64,000 nucleotides of DNA from NCBI GenBank assembly GCA_965214935.1, contig CBDCCS010000001.1:32001-96000 (forward strand), written 5' to 3'. The notes under the pieces were generated by a model. That model searched no databases. It was given only the letters and a program-made list of their open reading frames with translations, and had not been told where the DNA came from. A program made the translations under genes and the position numbers. Of the stretch, positions 58,600 to 64,000 are shown piece by piece. This stretch comes from Candidatus Velthaea sp. (GTDB taxonomy: Bacteria; Vulcanimicrobiota; Vulcanimicrobiia; Vulcanimicrobiales; Vulcanimicrobiaceae). The stretch's first letter is position 1. Each line of letters begins with the position of its first letter.

Positions 58600-59481
58600 T
58601 TAACGGACGCTCAGACGCCGGCTCGCGCGGCCGGCCAGATACTCGTCGAGGCCGCATTCCCACGACGGCGCCGGGTCGATGCCCGCTGCCGCGAGCTTGG
58701 TCGACACCAGCGCGGAAAACAACGGCCGTTTCGCCTTTGCACCATAGTTGTCATAGGTGAGCGCTTCGATTTGCGTTGGCAGACCGGCACGTGCGAACGC
58801 CGCCGCGGCGAACTCATACCAGGTCGTTGCACCGGTATTCGTCACATGATGCGTGCCGAACGAACCGGCATCGATGGCGTCGCGCATGATGCGCGCGGCA
58901 TGCGGTGCATACGACGGCGAGAACGTCATGTTGCGCACGACGCGAACAGGCTCACCGCGTTCGGCTTGCTGTAGGACCCGTTCGATGAACGTATAGCCTT
59001 TATTGGACGTGCCCGACGCGCTGTAGACGCCGCTCAAGCGAAAGATGAAATGCTCGTTGCCGTGGCGCCGGGTCAACAATTCGCCCGCATGTTTCGATAT
59101 GCCGTAAGCGGTCAGCGGATTCGGTGCATCGTCTTCGCGATACGGCCGGTCGGTGCGCCCGTCGAACACATAGTCGGTGCTGACGGTCGCGAAGCGCACA
59201 CCCCGTTCGGCGCACAGCGCGGCCGCGCGATCGACGGCGAGCGCATTGACGGCGAAGGCGCGTTCGGGCAAACGTTCGCACTCGTCGACGTTATGAAACG
59301 CCGTGCAATTGATGAGCACCGCCGGCTGATGTTCGTCGACGTAGCGGGCCAGTGCGACACAATCTTCAACGTCGAGCTCGGCGTGTTTGGGTGTAAGCAG
59401 CGGCCGGCCCGCATACGCTGTAACGAGCGCGCCGCCGAGCTGACCGCTAGCGCCGAGGATGGCAATGCGATTGATCGACAC
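58600..59481 (-). CDS. rfbD: dTDP-4-dehydrorhamnose reductase-family protein
   Basis: GASGQLG, STDYVFDG, Y.E.D..NP...YG.SK, RP. Confidence 0.85.
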   Translation of the reverse strand: MSINRIAILGASGQLGGALVTAYAGRPLLTPKHAELDVEDCVALARYVDEHQPAVLINCTAFHNVDECERLPERAFAVNALAVDRAAALCAERGVRFATVSTDYVFDGRTDRPYREDDAPNPLTAYGISKHAGELLTRRHGNEHFIFRLSGVYSASGTSNKGYTFIERVLQQAERGEPVRVVRNMTFSPSYAPHAARIMRDAIDAGSFGTHHVTNTGATTWYEFAAAAFARAGLPTQIEALTYDNYGAKAKRPLFSALVSTKLAAAGIDPAPSWECGLDEYLAGRASRRLSVR

Positions 59482-59484
59482 GAG

Positions 59485-60516
59485 TCAATAAATGCTCGCG
59501 AAGCTGCGCTGAGATGCATGCACTTCTTCGAGCACCGTCATCCAGGCAATGTTATAGTGCCGCGGGTCGGCAAGCTGGGCGACGTTGTCGAGCGGTATTT
59601 TCTTGAGCATATCATCGATGGACTCGAGCACGGTGACGGCCGGCGTGAAACCCAGCCGTTGCGTCAGCTTGAGATTCGTCATGCGGTAATCGCGAACGAT
59701 CTTCGGCAGCGGCGCATCGACGAGTTCGACGCTGCGGCCGACGAGCGACAGCGATCCGGCGACAAGCATCGCGAGTTGCCGCACCTGATAGTTCTCTTGC
59801 ATCACGTTGAAAATCTCACCTCGAACGAGATCGGCCGGCGCAGTTAAGCACAGAACGTGCGCCGCGGCAACATCGCTTACCGCTACGAGCGGTCGCCATT
59901 GCCAGCCGCCACCATGCAGATAGAGCTTGCGCACCGTCACGGCGTCTTTGAGAAACGTATTGACGACCAAGTCGAAGCGCATGCGCGGGCTGTAGCCGTA
60001 AACGGTGCCTTGGCGTAGAATCGTCGGCGCGAAACGTGCATCGCTCAACGCCGTGAGCGCCTCCTCGGCGTACTTCTTGGAGAGCGAATAGGCACCGCGC
60101 GGCTCGACCGGACTTCGTTCGTCGAACATCCCGGGGCCGATTCCGTCGTAAATCGAGGCGGACGAGCCGAAAACAAAGCGCTCGATGCCGCAGCGTTTAC
60201 AGGCTTGTGCAAGCCGCTCGGTCGCGACGGCGTTCATCTGCCAATTCGCTTCGGGATTGTATTCCGCAGTCGGATCGTTCGAAAGTCCGGCCAAGTGGCT
60301 TACGCCGTCGATTCCTGCGAGCCAGGCGTCATCCCAGGCACGGACATCGCCGTGAATGTAGCTCAACGCGCCGGCGCTATCGTCGCGCAAGCGTTCGAGC
60401 GGCGCCGAACCGAAAAACAGCCGGTCGACGACACGGACGCGGTCGCCGCGGGCAAGCAGCTGGCGGCAAAGCTCCAGACCGATGTAGCCGCCGCCACCCG
60501 TGACCAAGACGTGCAT
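59485..60516 (-). CDS. NAD-dependent nucleotide-sugar epimerase/dehydratase
   Basis: TGGGGYIG, LAGLSNDP, YSLSK, GYSPRMRFDLVVN. Confidence 0.9.
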   Translation of the reverse strand: MHVLVTGGGGYIGLELCRQLLARGDRVRVVDRLFFGSAPLERLRDDSAGALSYIHGDVRAWDDAWLAGIDGVSHLAGLSNDPTAEYNPEANWQMNAVATERLAQACKRCGIERFVFGSSASIYDGIGPGMFDERSPVEPRGAYSLSKKYAEEALTALSDARFAPTILRQGTVYGYSPRMRFDLVVNTFLKDAVTVRKLYLHGGGWQWRPLVAVSDVAAAHVLCLTAPADLVRGEIFNVMQENYQVRQLAMLVAGSLSLVGRSVELVDAPLPKIVRDYRMTNLKLTQRLGFTPAVTVLESIDDMLKKIPLDNVAQLADPRHYNIAWMTVLEEVHASQRSFASIY

Positions 60517-60546
60517 CCCCGCGCATCTTCGCCCTTCCCCCCGGCC

Positions 60547-60572
60547 GGAACTTTTCGAGCGTTCGGCGGTAT
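60547..60572 (+). promoter_or_regulatory. Putative ECF-type autoregulatory promoter
   Basis: GGAACT-N16-GTAT about 25 nt upstream of the ECF sigma start. Confidence 0.5.
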
Positions 60573-60596
60573 TTGTGATGTGATAATGAGGACGCG

Positions 60597-61241
60597 ATGA
60601 TCGCCATCGAAGCCACCGACGAAGCCCTTGTCGGCCGAGTATTAGCCGGAGACCGCGAAAGCTTCAGCGTGTTGGTCGACCGCTATAAACGCGGCATTGC
60701 AAATTTCATCGGCGCCGGCGTCCGATCGTCGGCGGACGTCGCCGATTTGACCCAGGAGACGTTTTTACGCGCTTACGCGCACCTCGGCACGTTCAATGCC
60801 AAACTCGGTAAATTTTCGACCTGGATCTTTCACATCGCGCGCAACGTCGTGCGGACGTTTCTGGGCAAATCGTTGCGCCGGCCGCCGACGACCGATTTGG
60901 GTGAAGATCGCACGCTGGAGTCGGCGTTGCCCGACGTGTCGGTCGAAGCCGATCCGGCAGGCGGCGTCCTGCGGGCTGAAGCGGAGGCGGAAGTGCGCTC
61001 CGCTTTGGCCGACTTGCCCGAACGCACGCGGACGGTGTTAGCCCTTCGGTATTACGACAACATGGATTATCAAACGATCGCCGTAACGATGGGGCTGTCG
61101 CTGGGAAACGTCAAGACGCTCATTCATCGCGGCAAATTGGCACTCGCGCACAAGCTCAAAGCGCGTGAAGAGATCGCCACGCAAGGCATGAGCCGCGAGC
61201 TCCGCGCGTTCGGGGGCTTCCATGAGCTGCAGTTCAGCTGA
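60597..61241 (+). CDS. ECF RNA polymerase sigma factor (SigW/SigE-like)
   Basis: DL.QETFLRAY, FSTWIFHIARN, L.L.Y......IA..MG...G.VK..IHR. Confidence 0.95.
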   Translation: MIAIEATDEALVGRVLAGDRESFSVLVDRYKRGIANFIGAGVRSSADVADLTQETFLRAYAHLGTFNAKLGKFSTWIFHIARNVVRTFLGKSLRRPPTTDLGEDRTLESALPDVSVEADPAGGVLRAEAEAEVRSALADLPERTRTVLALRYYDNMDYQTIAVTMGLSLGNVKTLIHRGKLALAHKLKAREEIATQGMSRELRAFGGFHELQFS

Positions 61242-61761
61242 GGAGTTCTTTGCCGGACTGCTCGACGGCAACTTATCCGGCGCATTGCGTGCCGATGTAC
61301 TCGCGCATGTCGAGCGATGTTCGACCTGTACCGGCGTGCTCGAAGAGTTGCGCGTCGTTGATGCGCTATTGATCGAACCGCGCCGGATCGATCTGGCAGC
61401 CGACTTTACGGCGGCAACGATGGCGCATGCCCGAACGCTGCCTGCGCCCGCGGCTCGCCGTACGCCCGTGCTTGCCTATCTCGTTTGTTACGTCGTCGGC
61501 GCCTGGCTTATTGCAGGTACGGCCCTCGTGTTTGCACCGCAAAGCGTGCATGGGTTCGTGCAGAGCGCATCGGGCAGCATTCGCGCTTTTGCCGAAACGG
61601 CCGGTGGTTTAAGCCGTGCCGCCGGTCGTGGCTTCGGACGCGATGCAAACGCTGCTGCCGTCGGGCTCATCGCTCTGCTGCTGCTCGATGGTTTACTCGT
61701 GCTCAGCTTCGTCGCAGCGTTGAAATATCTACAGCCGCGGGCGGAGCGGCTGCGTTTTTGA
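61222..61761 (+). CDS. Zinc-binding anti-sigma factor (ZAS) with TM helices
   Basis: N-terminal Cys plus HVERCSTC (HxxxCxxC); overlaps the sigma gene. Confidence 0.88.
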   Translation: MSCSSAEEFFAGLLDGNLSGALRADVLAHVERCSTCTGVLEELRVVDALLIEPRRIDLAADFTAATMAHARTLPAPAARRTPVLAYLVCYVVGAWLIAGTALVFAPQSVHGFVQSASGSIRAFAETAGGLSRAAGRGFGRDANAAAVGLIALLLLDGLLVLSFVAALKYLQPRAERLRF

Positions 61762-62633
61762 GCGCGGCTGCGGCGGCAGTCGCGCTTCTGTTCGCACTTC
61801 TGCTCGGTGTCATCCCGTTGCCGGCGTACGCGCACGCGCATAACGGCAGCGTAATGAAGTTTTTTTCCAATGCCACCGTTGGATCCGATGATACGGTCAA
61901 CGGTGACCTCACCGTGGTGTTCGGCGATGCGACCATCGCCGGCCACGTCACCGGGAATGTTACGGTCATCGGCGGGTCGTGTCAGGTGATCGGTTCGGGC
62001 ACGGTCGACGGCGACGAGCATTGCGCGTGGAGCGATGCAGCCGGAGCGCTCGAACCGCTCGTTTTTCCGGCCGGCAGCTCCGCGCAATTTGCCGCTGCAG
62101 ATCGCCGGCTATTTGTAAAAATAGCGTCGAACGCCGTTGTCGTCTTGGTTTTTCTACTTTTCCCCATGCGCATGCGATTCGCGCTCGATCGGGTCGAACG
62201 TCACCCGGGTCTTGCCGCGGCCGTCGGGATTGCGGCCTGCATCGCGGTCTTGCCGGTGGCGCTCTTGTTGCTTTTTACGATCGTCGGGATACCGCTCATC
62301 GTGCTGGAGATTGCCGGCGTTTTTGCCGCAGTGTGGCTTGGCACCGGAGCAGCGGCCTTACTGGTCGGACGCCGTCTCTGCGAACTGCTCGCACCGCGCA
62401 TGACACCGCCTCCGTTGGCAGCACTGCTACTCGGACTCATCGTAATCAGTGCCGCGGAGGTCGTTCCGTTCATCGGCTGGGCCGTAACCGCTCTCGTATG
62501 GCTGGTCAGCTTGGGAGCGGCGCTCCTTGCCTGGACATCGCCCGCGGGCGCGGCTGGGCTTTTCCGCCGTCCACCGGATGCACGGCCGCCGATCGGCGGT
62601 CCACCCATGAAGTCATCGAAGTCTTCGATTTAA
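61758..62633 (+). CDS. Membrane protein with short bactofilin-like beta-solenoid and multiple TMs (ECF accessory)
   Basis: V.GD..V..G...I.G.V.GN..V.GG repeats followed by about 5 TMs; TTG start overlaps the anti-sigma stop. Confidence 0.75.
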   Translation: MSAAAAAVALLFALLLGVIPLPAYAHAHNGSVMKFFSNATVGSDDTVNGDLTVVFGDATIAGHVTGNVTVIGGSCQVIGSGTVDGDEHCAWSDAAGALEPLVFPAGSSAQFAAADRRLFVKIASNAVVVLVFLLFPMRMRFALDRVERHPGLAAAVGIAACIAVLPVALLLLFTIVGIPLIVLEIAGVFAAVWLGTGAAALLVGRRLCELLAPRMTPPPLAALLLGLIVISAAEVVPFIGWAVTALVWLVSLGAALLAWTSPAGAAGLFRRPPDARPPIGGPPMKSSKSSI

Positions 62634-62793
62634 ATCCTATGGAAACGAAGTACAGGAACCTGGGCGTTTTTTGGAAACAAGGTTCTTAATAGTCGTCGTG
62701 TAGGTTGCCCCGGCCGGATCTCTTGAGCCGCGCACAGCACAGCGCACCGAACGCCTAGTAACCCGGATAACGACTCAAGCGAGAATTGCCGAC

Positions 62794-62952
62794 ATGTTTA
62801 ACGTGAATCTATCGTTTATCGCCCTTGGTCTTGGGGGCTGCTTCTGCTATGTGTACTCGATGTCTGCGCTCGGACGTATGTTAGCAGCGTGCCGCGAAGC
62901 AACGTCGATGCCCTACCCCGCATCCGCCGCGAATCGTACGCTGCGAGCCTAG
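62794..62952 (+). CDS. 52-aa single-TM microprotein (not in ORF track)
   Basis: MFNVNLSFIALGLGGCFCYVYSMSALGRMLAACREATSMPYPASAANRTLRA; similar to 63219..63395. Confidence 0.6.
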   Translation: MFNVNLSFIALGLGGCFCYVYSMSALGRMLAACREATSMPYPASAANRTLRA

Positions 62953-63218
62953 CCGGGTAAGCCGCGCACAAGCGCGGTTGCGGTCCGGTTGAGACGTGCG
63001 ACGTAAAACGGCTGCCGTTCGCTCAAAGCGTTCGGCGCTACGCGTCTATCGCTTAACGCAAACAGTATCGACGTAAATGCGCCGTTTGTCGGTTGAGATT
63101 TCCGGGGTGCGTCGGGCTAGCCGGTAGTTCGCCTCAGGCGGCCTCCCCTTTCGGCCCTAAGCCGATTGATTTTGCAATGATACGAGTAGGTGATTCACCG
63201 GAACTAAGGACGTCGTCT

Positions 63219-63395
63219 ATGAACGGACAGGTCATTCTTCTGACCATCACCGGTCTTGCTGCATACGTTTACTGTATGTCGGCGCTCGGCAAGTGGCTGC
63301 GACGTTGCGCCGACGCCTCGTCGGCCGTCGCCGGGGCGCAGACACCCCTACGCGCTAGCGTGGACGCGACCGCGCGAGAGAAAATCGCTTCGTAG
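63219..63395 (+). CDS. 58-aa single-TM microprotein
   Basis: AAGGA RBS; MNGQVILLTITGLAAYVYCMSALGKWLRRCADASS... Confidence 0.65.
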   Translation: MNGQVILLTITGLAAYVYCMSALGKWLRRCADASSAVAGAQTPLRASVDATAREKIAS

Positions 63396-63473
63396 CAGCG
63401 CGCTATTGGGCGAAAGGCGCACCCGCCGGCGTCACGAATCGACCCGCACACCCCTGCTGCATCGGAGGTCCTC

Positions 63474-63878
63474 GTGGGTCTTGTCGTGACTGGAATATCG
63501 GCGAACGGCGACATCAAGGCACTCGAAGTACTGCTCAAAGATGCCGGTTTGCCGCTCGATCCGATTCAATTGATCTCCGGGGAAGATTCCACCGAAGGCG
63601 TCGCGCGGCGCCAAATGGGTGCCCGGCTCATGACCGGCGACCGGGGCGGCTATGTGCCGGGCATCAATAACTCAGGCTCCGGGCTGTCCTACTTTCGCAA
63701 TGAGTCGCTCTCCGATCGGCTCGGGGATCTCGAAATTCCGGATTCCGAAGTCGATAATTACGTACAAGCGCTAGAAGCCGGCCGCAGCGTTGTCGCTTAT
63801 TACGCGAAGCCGCAAAGCTTATCTCAAGTTGAGGAGATCTTTCGTACGTCCGGTCTTGCGAAAGTTAAAGTTTTCTAA
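63474..63878 (+). CDS. Hypothetical protein (general-stress-protein-like)
   Basis: GGAGG RBS; L.DL.IPD.E...Y..AL.AG..VV pattern. Confidence 0.7.
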   Translation: MGLVVTGISANGDIKALEVLLKDAGLPLDPIQLISGEDSTEGVARRQMGARLMTGDRGGYVPGINNSGSGLSYFRNESLSDRLGDLEIPDSEVDNYVQALEAGRSVVAYYAKPQSLSQVEEIFRTSGLAKVKVF

Positions 63879-64000
63879 TTGGCGATAAGCGGTAAGGCAG
63901 CGCCAAGGTAGTTAAACCGGACGTCAAGGCGGCTAATTTATTTGTCTCGTACCGGGAGATTTGAGCCGCTTTAGCGCATAAGCACTGTAGCGCCGCTGGA

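Overview
GC-rich bacterial chromosomal window, densely coding, with no rRNA, tRNA, CRISPR array or intact mobile element that I can see. It combines outer-membrane TonB-dependent-receptor-like proteins with Terrabacteria-type genes (GAAC-N4-GTTC SOS boxes at lexA/yneA-like, ynbB-like, kamDE, SigW-like ECF), which suggests a diderm Terrabacteria lineage such as Ca. Eremiobacterota/Vulcanimicrobiota (inference). Housekeeping genes: truA (partial), lysS, greA, dusB, coaX, coaBC, lexA, sucCD, a thiolase/3-hydroxyacyl-CoA dehydrogenase/acyl-CoA dehydrogenase cluster, gmd/rmd and dacB. Main points of interest: (1) a split four-gene set (acyl-ACP-reductase-like enzyme with the catalytic Cys, class-III aminotransferase, SRPBCC protein, conserved unknown protein with no canonical start) that looks like a fatty-amine lipid pathway; (2) a polyamine catabolic operon built around a TonB-dependent receptor; (3) a ~240-nt structured RNA candidate upstream of sucC; (4) a palindromic element plus degenerate repeats inside a zone of strand-skewed composition at 47.3-48.5 kb; (5) two paralogous membrane microproteins near the right end. 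All product calls come from motif recognition by eye, not from database searches.
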